From positions 1 through 20,689 of the IMG/VR virus record IMGVR_UViG_2671180298_000002: a stretch of 20,689 bases of DNA. One strand, given 5' to 3'. Source of the stretch: a virus (taxonomy: Duplodnaviria; Heunggongvirae; Uroviricota; Caudoviricetes). The notes beneath the pieces were generated by a model. That model was not told the origin of the DNA and ran no database searches. It saw only the letters and a list, made by a program, of their open reading frames with translations. Every line of letters starts with the position of its first letter. Positions within the stretch are counted from its first letter, which is position 1. The position numbers and the translations under genes were made by a program. This document shows, piece by piece, positions 9,555-17,877 of the stretch.

Positions 9555-9971
9555 CTATTTAACGTCCGGCGTTTGCGCTGTGGGGGATACTTTTCCATCT
9601 AGCGTATTTACAATTGAGAGGGGGTAAATTCCCATTTCAATTCCACAGATCACGTCGTAACGAGCCTGCGCTTTCTCTCGCATTTCTGGAGAAACAGGGG
9701 ACGATGGTGCATTTAAAACTGCTTCGGCTTGCTTCTTCAGAGCCTTCAACCGCCTTTTCAGTTTGATTTCTTGCGGATCAACAGCATAAATCGTCCATGC
9801 AAAAGTAAAAACTTCGCTTAAAAGAATTGACACCATCGGTATTGAAGCAATGTAAAGGTCTTTCCATGTTGGATCTGTAATGAAGCTAGCCAGCTTTATT
9901 AGGAAAAGGCCTACACCGCCGCCACCTGTAACACCGACTGCTTTACCGCTTGTTTTCTTTTGTTCAGGCAT
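9555..9971 (-). CDS. Hypothetical small membrane protein (two predicted TM helices), third gene of the cargo operon
   Basis: About 138 aa from the ATG at 9971 (tracked ORF starts at a GTG at 9995); Gly-rich stretch then hydrophobic helices (GVGLFLIKLASFI; IASIPMVSILLSEVFTFAWTIYAV); overlaps the upstream gene by 8 nt. Confidence 0.6.
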   Translation of the reverse strand: MPEQKKTSGKAVGVTGGGGVGLFLIKLASFITDPTWKDLYIASIPMVSILLSEVFTFAWTIYAVDPQEIKLKRRLKALKKQAEAVLNAPSSPVSPEMREKAQARYDVICGIEMGIYPLSIVNTLDGKVSPTAQTPDVK

Positions 9972-10227
9972 GAGAGGCTGACTCCTTCCTCTCACGCTTA
10001 TTTTTCTCTGCTATATCATCGATGAGCTTTATTAACTCATCATCATTGTTTATATAAATATTTGTTTTATAGACATTTTTGTTTGCATCAGTATAAGTGA
10101 TAGAAACTTTTGTTTCGACAATAACTCGATCGAGCAGGCTACGTATAGCCACTCTAGCACCTATAAATATAGCTGGAGCTGCAACAAGCAGCCCCAACCA
10201 TCCTAACACACTAATATCTATAGACAT
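9964..10227 (-). CDS. Hypothetical single-pass membrane protein, second gene of the cargo operon
   Basis: 87 aa; N-terminal TM helix (VLGWLGLLVAAPAIFIGARVAI) then a charged soluble tail; ATG lies 2 nt after the upstream stop. Confidence 0.6.
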   Translation of the reverse strand: MSIDISVLGWLGLLVAAPAIFIGARVAIRSLLDRVIVETKVSITYTDANKNVYKTNIYINNDDELIKLIDDIAEKNKRERKESASHA

Positions 10228-10229
10228 TT

Positions 10230-11123
10230 TTAATCCGCATCAGGTTTTATTTTTCTATCTTTGGCGGCAAAGTGTCGACCCACTTTGATGATCGATAACT
10301 TTTCGTCTACCTGGCCACCGGAATCTTTCACAATTTTCTTCATCTTCACAGCAAACAATTCGCCAAAAATTTTGGGGGCGTCTGGTCCAGTAACAAGCTT
10401 GATGAACTCATTATCTTCCATTCTGACATTGCGCTTTTCACCGCCAAACTCAACACGCCAGCCACTTTTTTTGTCAGTATGCGCCGAAACGAATGTCACG
10501 GTTGTTTCAAATTCGTCAACTTCTTCTTTGGTTTCAAAGAGAACTTTTGGCGACTTAAACTCTTCTGCCTCATCTTTATGAATTTTGAGGATTTCTTTCT
10601 TAGAGGTGCGCGATTTTTTTACCACAAAATTGTCGATACCATCTTGTAACAGAGGCTGTCTGACAAACGCGTCAACAGCCTTACGAATCTCTGGGGCATT
10701 AACGATTTTTTCGACATCTTCAGAGCAAACAATCTCTTCACCATCGACTTTCAGCTTAACTTTGTCACTACCGTTAGCTTTCTCGACTATGTCGATCTTA
10801 CGCCCGTTAAGCTTCTTGAGAACCTCTAAAACTGTAGCACCGCCAACGGCTAAAGGAATGGCTGACAAACCTAAAATTTGTACAACATCTTTAGCATTAG
10901 CTAGATGTTGTACAACCTCAATATCAAACCCAAAGGAACCGGCTATCAATTCAGCGTCAACGTTAACTTCAATGTCTCGCCCTCCGTTTACAATCTCATT
11001 TGCAGAGTAGATAGCCTCACCTAGCCCCTGCAAACTTTTCGCAAACGAAAGAATATCCATCTTATGATCGTCGAGAGCTTTGCCTTGATACACAATACTT
11101 ACTGATTGAGTCTTATCCGCCAT
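10230..11123 (-). CDS. Hypothetical charged protein (about 297 aa), first gene of the cargo operon
   Basis: Long AT-rich ORF; first ATG at 11123 (tracked ORF starts at a TTG at 11144); K/E/D-rich with one internal hydrophobic stretch; no motif I recognise. Confidence 0.65.
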   Translation of the reverse strand: MADKTQSVSIVYQGKALDDHKMDILSFAKSLQGLGEAIYSANEIVNGGRDIEVNVDAELIAGSFGFDIEVVQHLANAKDVVQILGLSAIPLAVGGATVLEVLKKLNGRKIDIVEKANGSDKVKLKVDGEEIVCSEDVEKIVNAPEIRKAVDAFVRQPLLQDGIDNFVVKKSRTSKKEILKIHKDEAEEFKSPKVLFETKEEVDEFETTVTFVSAHTDKKSGWRVEFGGEKRNVRMEDNEFIKLVTGPDAPKIFGELFAVKMKKIVKDSGGQVDEKLSIIKVGRHFAAKDRKIKPDAD

Positions 11124-11259
11124 TGAGTTCAGATCCGTTGCCAATAAAATGCGCGCGATTTTACGCCCATCACTATGTTTAATCTATCTATTAATCATTT
11201 ATCCCTCTAGCTGTCTACTATCGGACTCAAAAAACATGACTCATTACAAACGAAACCTA

Positions 11260-11493
11260 TCAATGCAGCCAGCTGTCGTCTTCCCACACCTTCTGCATAA
11301 TTTTCATCACTTGCTTCCTTTCTTCGTCCAGTTGCAGTCCGGTCAGTTCCACACCGTTAGAGCTACCTTTGCGAATGCGAATTACCGTTTTGGGATACAG
11401 GGGGCGCAGATTGCGGTAAAGCTCGGATTCAAGGGCGTCCAGGGTAGACTGGCTAATCTTCTGCTCTTTATCGATCATTATTTCAATGCGCAT
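11260..11493 (-). CDS. DinI-family protein (Tum-like SOS-inducible antirepressor candidate)
   Basis: 77-aa product MRIEIMIDKEQKISQSTLDALESELYRNL...KIMQKVWEDDSWLH aligns by eye with E. coli DinI (MRIEVTIAK...AIDALAGELSRRI...ILQETWESADDWF); GAGGTG 5 nt upstream of the ATG. Confidence 0.82.
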   Translation of the reverse strand: MRIEIMIDKEQKISQSTLDALESELYRNLRPLYPKTVIRIRKGSSNGVELTGLQLDEERKQVMKIMQKVWEDDSWLH

Positions 11494-11503
11494 AAAAGTC
11501 ACC

Positions 11504-11692
11504 TCAGCTGATGACATCCATTGAGCGGTTGTATTCGTGGGTTCTGATTTTTGCCATGAGTTCATCTGTCAGTTCAGAAACCCACTGCAGGGCCAGCCCC
11601 TTCTCTTCATCACTACACTCACTAGCCGCTACAAGCTTAAGAAAAAAATCAATGCGCTGGAGCTTCAAAGACTCCAAAAAATAGTCCTGCAT
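11504..11692 (-). CDS. Hypothetical small protein, first gene of the LexA-controlled operon
   Basis: 62 aa from the ATG at 11692, preceded by AGGAGG; a LexA box lies about 45 bp upstream; the longer tracked ORF would run through the LexA box. Confidence 0.55.
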   Translation of the reverse strand: MQDYFLESLKLQRIDFFLKLVAASECSDEEKGLALQWVSELTDELMAKIRTHEYNRSMDVIS

Positions 11693-11735
11693 CTTTCCTC
11701 CTATGACACCACAAGCAATACTGTACGCATAACCA

Positions 11736-11751
11736 CTGTTTATATTTACAG
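11736..11751 (-). promoter_or_regulatory. LexA (SOS) box
   Basis: CTGTTTATATTTACAG, a CTG-N10-CAG palindromic match to the TACTGTATATATATACAGTA consensus, embedded in an AT-rich promoter-like region upstream of the small ORF and DinI-like gene. Confidence 0.75.
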
Positions 11752-11845
11752 TATATAATAATCTTACTGATGTAAAACGTTTTTTTACGTTCATCAGTCT
11801 GATATACCTGGTATTATTAAGAGCACGAATTGTTAACCCGCGTAA

Positions 11846-14260
11846 TTAATACAGGTTCCGCCACTTATCATCTTCCTGCAAACGCTGGTTCCGATAGAAA
11901 ATACGCAGGCCTGCTCCTGACGGAATACTGCCGCCGCGAAGGAGTAAATCGACCTCTTTCTCGCTGCCATCAAATCCCCTGGACTTCAGTTCATACACGA
12001 GCTGCAGTCGCTGATGGTCTGTAATTCGCTGTTTGTAGTCTTTACGCCGTTTCGGTTTCACCAGGCGTAACCTTGCTGCCAGTTCCCGGCGCTCTTTTTT
12101 GCTCATACTGTGCAGGTAATCGTGCAACTCCTTGTCATCCATGCGGGTGATATCCGTTCTGGTATCTCCATCAGCTGATTTGTCTTTCCCTTGTTGGTAC
12201 AAATTTTCAGCAAGGGGACAGTTATTGCCACGAGTCCAAGGGGCGCAAGCGCCCTGGTCGGCTGCCGCCTCCTGAACGTCAACGGCTTTACGAACCATTT
12301 TCCACTTCACTGCATGAGTGCAGATCTTGCCCTCTGCAATGGGTGACCAGATGCCATAAATACGAATGCCGTGATCGCCATAGGCGGTCGGCTCTTCGTT
12401 GATTTCATAAGCGGTTCTGATGAGGTGATATTTACGGGGAACCAGTACGCCGCCCTGCTTCATGATGTAGGTGGCAAAACAACCAGCATCAGCAGCAGCC
12501 AGAATGGCATCAAGACGCGGGTTATCCAGTACCGGCGCACCTGCTTTTTTGTCACCCTGTTGCCTTGCCGCCTGACCAGCCAGCAAGCGAAGTTCACGGT
12601 AAGCCTGACGCCCCGGAATACCAAAGAAGCGGAATTGCTGAACACGATGCAGAGACGCCCAGGCATTCACGTATTCAGCGTTATCACGCAGAGATTTACC
12701 CGTTTCCTTGCTGATCTCGCCAGCCAGACCACGACCGTCAATGTTCTTACTGATATATTTCGCGATGTAGCTTGTCGGCGTTCCTTTGCGCGGGTTAATC
12801 AACTCAGACTTAAAGCGCGGCCCAGTGTTATTGCCCAGCTCCTCGCGGTCTTCACGGATGGCAAACTTACGCAGTAATGCAGTGATGGCACGGCGGTCTT
12901 TTTTGCGCATGAAACACAACAGGTGCCAGTGAACTGTGCCATCATGATGCGGCTCAGCCACCCGCACGCCATACCAGCGCAACCCGGCTTTGTGCATCGC
13001 CTTACGAAATGCAGCAAACATGCCGACCAGATAATCGCTGCTTTGTCTTACCGTCGCGTTTGTCCAGGTCGGGTTTGGTCTGCCGTTATTTAGCGTGGAA
13101 TGGAAACGCGACGGACAGGTGATAGTGTAGAAAACGGCGCAGTCACCGCGCATTTCCGCGATAAGCTCCAGACCTTTAACACAGGCCATCATCTCATTGC
13201 GGCGATGCGCAGGGTTGCTGCTGCTGGCGTTTACCACATCCTCCATGTCCAGCGTGTCGCCGTCTTCGTTCACCAGTTCATGAGAACGGAAAAACTCCAG
13301 CGACTTACGGCGCTGCTCACGTTTATGCATCACGGCTTCATAGCTGACATAAGGAGATGCTTTTTTGCTGACCAGGCAAACAGCGCGCAACTGCTCTTCC
13401 CGCCATTCGCAACGCATCTTCCATAATTTCCGATACCACCAGTCGGCGCACAACATACGCGCCAGCGAACCCGGAATGAGTTCATACGGCACGGGTTTAC
13501 GGCGGTTTCTTTTCCGACGGAGTTGCTCAAACGCAGGTGGGATGACATCCAGACGCAGGGTTTCCGCTGCCACCTTTTCCCATGTCTTGCGGATTTCTTC
13601 TGGCTTAACGTCATCGGTGGCATACAAATCACCACAAGCTGCATCAAGGCACATACTCATATGCGCAGCTACCAAGGTGGACAGGCGTTTCACCTGATCC
13701 TGACTCATTTCAGGCAGGATCAGCAGGCCGTCCAGCCCTTCATGGCTTGCCATAAAGCGAAAAGATGCAGATAGCTGACTGTCGCGTACATGCTCCAGTC
13801 GTTCCAGACATGGCTTAATCGTCTCACGTAAATAGCGGGAATAAGCCTTTGGCCTGCCCAGGCTGCTGAAGTATTCAATACGTTGCATCAGCGGCTTGCT
13901 GATATGGGAAGGCTGGGCGTTGACGTCCGCCAGAATGACCATGTCTGAATTAAAACGCTGCTGCTCATGCGCCAGCTTTGCCCGGCTAATGAGCTTATCC
14001 TGCTCCATTTCGCGCTGGACAGGATCACGTGATTCATTAAAGAAATAACGCTCCCAGACCTGATCACTCAGTGCCTCGCGGCGCAACTGTTCCTGCTCGT
14101 TATCGGCAGCGTACAGAGTGATCAGGTTTGAAAGCGTAGAAACCGGCGCAACTTCCGCCGGGTCCAGATAAGGGTTAATGGCCTTTTTCGGGCTGTTCCA
14201 TGAGAATGCTGCGGCAGCCTCGTTAAAGCCGCAGCAGTTGTTCATATCGGCATGACTCAT
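11846..14260 (-). CDS. A: Replication initiation protein A (rolling-circle HUH endonuclease, P2 gpA-like)
   Basis: 804-aa ORF with an HUH-type motif (VHWHLLCF) and a paired-tyrosine motif (SYIAKYISK) as in P2 gpA. Confidence 0.9.
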   Translation of the reverse strand: MSHADMNNCCGFNEAAAAFSWNSPKKAINPYLDPAEVAPVSTLSNLITLYAADNEQEQLRREALSDQVWERYFFNESRDPVQREMEQDKLISRAKLAHEQQRFNSDMVILADVNAQPSHISKPLMQRIEYFSSLGRPKAYSRYLRETIKPCLERLEHVRDSQLSASFRFMASHEGLDGLLILPEMSQDQVKRLSTLVAAHMSMCLDAACGDLYATDDVKPEEIRKTWEKVAAETLRLDVIPPAFEQLRRKRNRRKPVPYELIPGSLARMLCADWWYRKLWKMRCEWREEQLRAVCLVSKKASPYVSYEAVMHKREQRRKSLEFFRSHELVNEDGDTLDMEDVVNASSSNPAHRRNEMMACVKGLELIAEMRGDCAVFYTITCPSRFHSTLNNGRPNPTWTNATVRQSSDYLVGMFAAFRKAMHKAGLRWYGVRVAEPHHDGTVHWHLLCFMRKKDRRAITALLRKFAIREDREELGNNTGPRFKSELINPRKGTPTSYIAKYISKNIDGRGLAGEISKETGKSLRDNAEYVNAWASLHRVQQFRFFGIPGRQAYRELRLLAGQAARQQGDKKAGAPVLDNPRLDAILAAADAGCFATYIMKQGGVLVPRKYHLIRTAYEINEEPTAYGDHGIRIYGIWSPIAEGKICTHAVKWKMVRKAVDVQEAAADQGACAPWTRGNNCPLAENLYQQGKDKSADGDTRTDITRMDDKELHDYLHSMSKKERRELAARLRLVKPKRRKDYKQRITDHQRLQLVYELKSRGFDGSEKEVDLLLRGGSIPSGAGLRIFYRNQRLQEDDKWRNLY

Positions 14261-15114
14261 GCACGTACTCCGTACACGGCAGAACTATCCACGCCACGCG
14301 AATAATCAAATCCCATCCAGCAGCGCGGCCCGGAAACAGCAATGATTTCTGTTGCTGATTTACCCTCGCCAGCTGCCACACCGATGCTGCGTTTTACCTT
14401 GATATAGTGGTGAGTAAAATTGCGATACAGCGAACGGATCAGGGATGTGTCACTGTTAGAAACAATGACCGGATGTCCTTCTGATGACCGATGTTCAAGA
14501 ACGGATGCCAGGTGATACTGGTCATCTTCAGTGAAACCATCAGTGTGATAGCCGGAAAACGTACCGTCATATGGCGGATCGCAATACACCACATCTCCCG
14601 CCTTCAACATCGCCAGCGTTTCATCAAAGCTGGCGCAGATAAACGTTGCTCGCTGGGCTTTTTCTGCAAATGTGCGAAGTTCTTTTTCAGGGAAATACGG
14701 ATTTTTATAATTACCGTAGGGAATGTTGAAATGCCCGCTCTTGTTATAGCGACATAAACCACGGTAACCGTGACGATTGAGATACAGGAAATATACCGCT
14801 TTCATGAAATCAGTAATTTCAGTTGAGCAGTTAAACTCCTGCCTTATGTTGTAATAAGCCACCTCCCTGTTTGCGATCTCAAATAAAACTCTGGCGCGAG
14901 ATATAAACGATTCACAATCAGCGGCAACCTTTTTATAGAGGTTGATTAAATCAGGATTAATATCCGCAACCAGATAGCTGGGATAATCCGTTTCCATCAT
15001 CACAGCACAGGAACCCGCGAAAGGTTCAACCAGTCGCGGGCCAGCAGGAAGGTATTTTTTCAGTTCTGGCATAATGGCGGTTTTATTTCCCGCCCATTTC
15101 AGGATGGTGCTCAT
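14257..15114 (-). CDS. Phage Dam-family DNA N6-adenine methyltransferase
   Basis: 285 aa from the ATG at 15114; ILKWAGNK and DPPY motifs; ATGA overlaps with the TraR-like gene upstream and gpA downstream. Confidence 0.85.
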   Translation of the reverse strand: MSTILKWAGNKTAIMPELKKYLPAGPRLVEPFAGSCAVMMETDYPSYLVADINPDLINLYKKVAADCESFISRARVLFEIANREVAYYNIRQEFNCSTEITDFMKAVYFLYLNRHGYRGLCRYNKSGHFNIPYGNYKNPYFPEKELRTFAEKAQRATFICASFDETLAMLKAGDVVYCDPPYDGTFSGYHTDGFTEDDQYHLASVLEHRSSEGHPVIVSNSDTSLIRSLYRNFTHHYIKVKRSIGVAAGEGKSATEIIAVSGPRCWMGFDYSRGVDSSAVYGVRA

Positions 15115-15338
15115 ACAGCACCTCCGTTGTAATGTTTGCCTTTCAGTTCTGCGATTTCCTGACAGGTAATGCAAAGCTGCACTCCCGGAATGGCGCGGCG
15201 TCGTGCTGGCGGAATTGGCGCTTCACATTCAATGCAAAGTACGCGTGACACGCCCGGTGATTTGGCACGGGCTGCACGGATATGGCGCTGGCGTTCTTCT
15301 TCAACGCGCTGCTGTACGAGATCCATTGCATCAGCCAT
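15111..15338 (-). CDS. TraR/DksA-family C4 zinc-finger protein
   Basis: 75 aa with CIECEAPIP...CITCQ (CxxC-N17-CxxC); AGGAG 8 nt upstream of the ATG; position between the early ORFs and A, as for P2 orf82. Confidence 0.8.
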   Translation of the reverse strand: MADAMDLVQQRVEEERQRHIRAARAKSPGVSRVLCIECEAPIPPARRRAIPGVQLCITCQEIAELKGKHYNGGAV

Positions 15339-15577
15339 TAGTGGATCTCCTGCGCTTCGTTCTGGATTGCTTCAGCAGTCACGCGCAGCAGTTCTGCCGC
15401 TTCCACGTGGTTTAGCTGGCGGGATGAGATATGACACGCCAGGCTATCAAGGCGAGCAGCCATTGCTTCAGCCCTTGCCCGGCGTTCTTCCAGACGAGCC
15501 TCTGTCAGTAAAATATTAAGCCCTGCGTCATCCGGTCCGGTTTTAGTCGTGAGGGTTTCAATATTACGCATAATCAA
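15338..15577 (-). CDS. Hypothetical phage early protein
   Basis: 79-aa ORF in the early operon; stop overlaps the next gene start (TAATG). Confidence 0.55.
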   Translation of the reverse strand: MIMRNIETLTTKTGPDDAGLNILLTEARLEERRARAEAMAARLDSLACHISSRQLNHVEAAELLRVTAEAIQNEAQEIH

Positions 15578-15638
15578 TTCTCCTGAATTTAGATAAAGGG
15601 ATGCCCGGCGGGTTTACGCCATTAATTTCATTAGTTGG

Positions 15639-15980
15639 TTAATTCGGCATGGTTAGCCGTCTGGGAAATAAGCTCACCACTGCACGAAAATGATTCATTG
15701 CTTTAATCAGCTCCCGCTTTTCGTCAGTGGTCAGCTCATTAATGCTGATGCTATGACGTTCAGCTGGAATTTTTGCCATAAAGAATATGGCAGCCAGTGC
15801 CCGTTTATTTTGTTCATTATTGATATCCCGTGGATCACGCATATCTTTAATAAACCGCTCAAGCTCTGACTCAATATTCAGGCCAAAAACTTTCGCCCTT
15901 AACTCCGCAATGTGATTAAGTCCATTCAGGCGTTCACCGGGGCTTAATGGAACAGTTGCTGCAGCGCCATTAATTGCCAT
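15639..15980 (-). CDS. Hypothetical phage early protein
   Basis: 113-aa ORF co-oriented within the early operon between B and A. Confidence 0.55.
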   Translation of the reverse strand: MAINGAAATVPLSPGERLNGLNHIAELRAKVFGLNIESELERFIKDMRDPRDINNEQNKRALAAIFFMAKIPAERHSISINELTTDEKRELIKAMNHFRAVVSLFPRRLTMPN

Positions 15981-16002
15981 ACTTCATATCCCCCAAACGC
16001 AG

Positions 16003-16227
16003 CTATCGTTCTTTGTTCTTACGGTAACGCTCAAGAGGAGATACATTTTTTCGTATCGTCTCTTTAACCTGCTCTCCCCGTAAAAACGTCCCATCCTTTA
16101 ACGTGAAAAAGTAACTGCCATCGCCCGACAATGACGGATAGCAACAGAGCAAATCACCTTCAGGTACTGAATAACTCTCCCCTCTGTAACGAAACTGATA
16201 AACCACTTCACTTTCTGCCGCATACAT
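16003..16227 (-). CDS. Hypothetical small phage protein
   Basis: 74-aa ORF with GGAG 9 nt upstream; competes with an overlapping ORF in another frame (16098..16394). Confidence 0.4.
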   Translation of the reverse strand: MYAAESEVVYQFRYRGESYSVPEGDLLCCYPSLSGDGSYFFTLKDGTFLRGEQVKETIRKNVSPLERYRKNKER

Positions 16228-16401
16228 TTGGACTTTCTCCGTTTCCTCGTGGTCAATTCAGACAGCAATTCATCTTGTGAATGACATGGATGCCAGCGTT
16301 TTCCATCCTCACCCGTGATCCAGCCGTGACCGTAGTGCATTGCCGGGCTTTGTTTTACCAGCAGCGATGCAAATGATGGTTCTTTCGTCAGCATAAACAC
16401 C

Positions 16402-16911
16402 TCACAGCAAACCGAATGAAGCACCAAGGCCAGTCATGGTATCAACTGCACTCGCCATCGCAGGATTAGCCTGTAAACGGGCTTGCAATGAAACAGCAGC
16501 CAGAGCCATCAGTCGTGTTACAGAGTTAATGCTGCTGATAGCATCACGACGACCGGCACTAGTTTTTACATCACCAGATACCGCACCTGCTGCAACACGC
16601 CCGATCTCTGCAGTTGCGCTCATGACGTAATGCGGCAGTTTCTCTTTTGCTACCTCATTAATCGGTACACATGGCAGACAATGAATCTGTGCCAGAAAAC
16701 CATCTACCAACGTTGAATCTTCAGTCAGATCGGTAAGCAGCCAGATTTCTGGTGCGGTTAATAAATGAGGTTGAGCTGGGTTCAGCTTGTTCCGCAGAAT
16801 CTGCACATTCATGCCCGCACGTTCTGCCAGTTGCACCAGATTGTGGCGCAGTGCGAATGCACGACAGGCTTCATCAAAATGTGGATGTTTGGAAACTTGG
16901 TAATCAAACAT
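16402..16911 (-). CDS. B: Replication protein B (P2 gpB-like helicase-loader)
   Basis: 169 aa from the ATG at 16911; product [33 protein letters not shown]... recognised as P2 gpB. Confidence 0.85.
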   Translation of the reverse strand: MFDYQVSKHPHFDEACRAFALRHNLVQLAERAGMNVQILRNKLNPAQPHLLTAPEIWLLTDLTEDSTLVDGFLAQIHCLPCVPINEVAKEKLPHYVMSATAEIGRVAAGAVSGDVKTSAGRRDAISSINSVTRLMALAAVSLQARLQANPAMASAVDTMTGLGASFGLL

Positions 16912-16943
16912 GGTCGACACCTCTGATGTATCCCAAAATGGAA

Positions 16944-17165
16944 CTAGTTGAATACAACATTGCAATCAGTAAGTGCATCAACGGTAAGAGCAGCAAGGTT
17001 GATCATTACCTTTTCTCTTTTCTTGTCTTTACGAAGACGATGCCGAGGAATGCGACCATCCGCCAACATATCGTTGATTGTGTCGATTGAAAGACCAGTA
17101 AGTTCGCTATAACGCTCGATTGTGACGTGTGGCGTATTCAGAGTTATTGAAATGTTAGGGGTCAT
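16944..17165 (-). CDS. Cox/Apl-like small DNA-binding protein (excision/switch regulator candidate)
   Basis: 73 aa from the ATG at 17165; first gene of the rightward early operon, divergent from cI; basic helix-turn-helix-like segment ([22 protein letters not shown]). Confidence 0.55.
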   Translation of the reverse strand: MTPNISITLNTPHVTIERYSELTGLSIDTINDMLADGRIPRHRLRKDKKREKVMINLAALTVDALTDCNVVFN

Positions 17166-17215
17166 GATGCAACATCTCCTATTGGCTTGTGGTGAGCCTG
17201 TAGTAATCGTGACAA

Positions 17216-17231
17216 GTACCCAATTGGGTAC
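17216..17231. promoter_or_regulatory. Perfect 16-bp palindrome in the cI/cox switch region (candidate operator)
   Basis: GTACCCAATTGGGTAC between the divergent cox-like and cI genes; the half-site AAGTACCC recurs at 17273..17280. Confidence 0.5.
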
Positions 17232-17260
17232 AAAACTGATACTAGGATCGCAAAAGAGAT

Positions 17261-17857
17261 ATGTCAACATCAAAGTACCCAAGTGAGATCAAAATAAATC
17301 CCAATAAAGGTGGTAAGGCTGCGATTGAGCGATTAGTCGAAGCCTATGGCTTTACGACACGACAGGCTTTAGCTGATCACTTGGAAGTATCAAAAAGCAC
17401 ACTAGCGAACAGGTATTTGCGGGATACATTTCCTGCTGACTGGATAATCCAATGTGCTCTTGAAACAGGAACCTCCCTCAAATGGTTAACTACCGGACAA
17501 GGCCTTAAGCAAAGCTCGCTGACAGCAGCTACAGAAGAGCTTGTTAAGTTTCGCCTTGCCGCAGGCAAAATGATTGAAGACGGTTCATATGTCTTCGATT
17601 CATCATTTCTTCCTGCAAACCTTTCATCACCAATTGTTGTTCAGGATGGACTCGTCACATACATTTGTGATCAAAAATTTTCTGAAGTACTTGATGGAAA
17701 CTGGTTAATCAATATCGACGGAACCTATTCCATTCGAAAAATCACAAGGCTTCCTAAAGGAATGATTAAAATTACAACAGCAGAGAATAGCTTTGAATGT
17801 GCATTTTCTGATATTGAAGTGGTTGCTTGTATAAGAAGTACAATAGTCTCGAATTAA
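17261..17857 (+). CDS. cI: 186-type CI immunity repressor
   Basis: 198-aa ORF; N-terminal region (AIERLVEAYGFTTRQALADHLEVSKSTLANRYLRD...ALETGTSLKWLTTGQG) resembles the phage 186 CI N-domain; divergent from the cox-like gene. Confidence 0.82.
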   Translation: MSTSKYPSEIKINPNKGGKAAIERLVEAYGFTTRQALADHLEVSKSTLANRYLRDTFPADWIIQCALETGTSLKWLTTGQGLKQSSLTAATEELVKFRLAAGKMIEDGSYVFDSSFLPANLSSPIVVQDGLVTYICDQKFSEVLDGNWLINIDGTYSIRKITRLPKGMIKITTAENSFECAFSDIEVVACIRSTIVSN

Positions 17858-17877
17858 TATAGTAAAAGGATTTTAAA

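Noticed and set aside
11149-11511. Plus-strand 120-aa ORF
   Set aside because: It is the exact antisense frame of the DinI-like gene, which is supported by clear family resemblance and an RBS.
12371-13774. Plus-strand ORFs within the A region
   Set aside because: Antisense to gpA, whose frame carries the HUH and YxxxY motifs.
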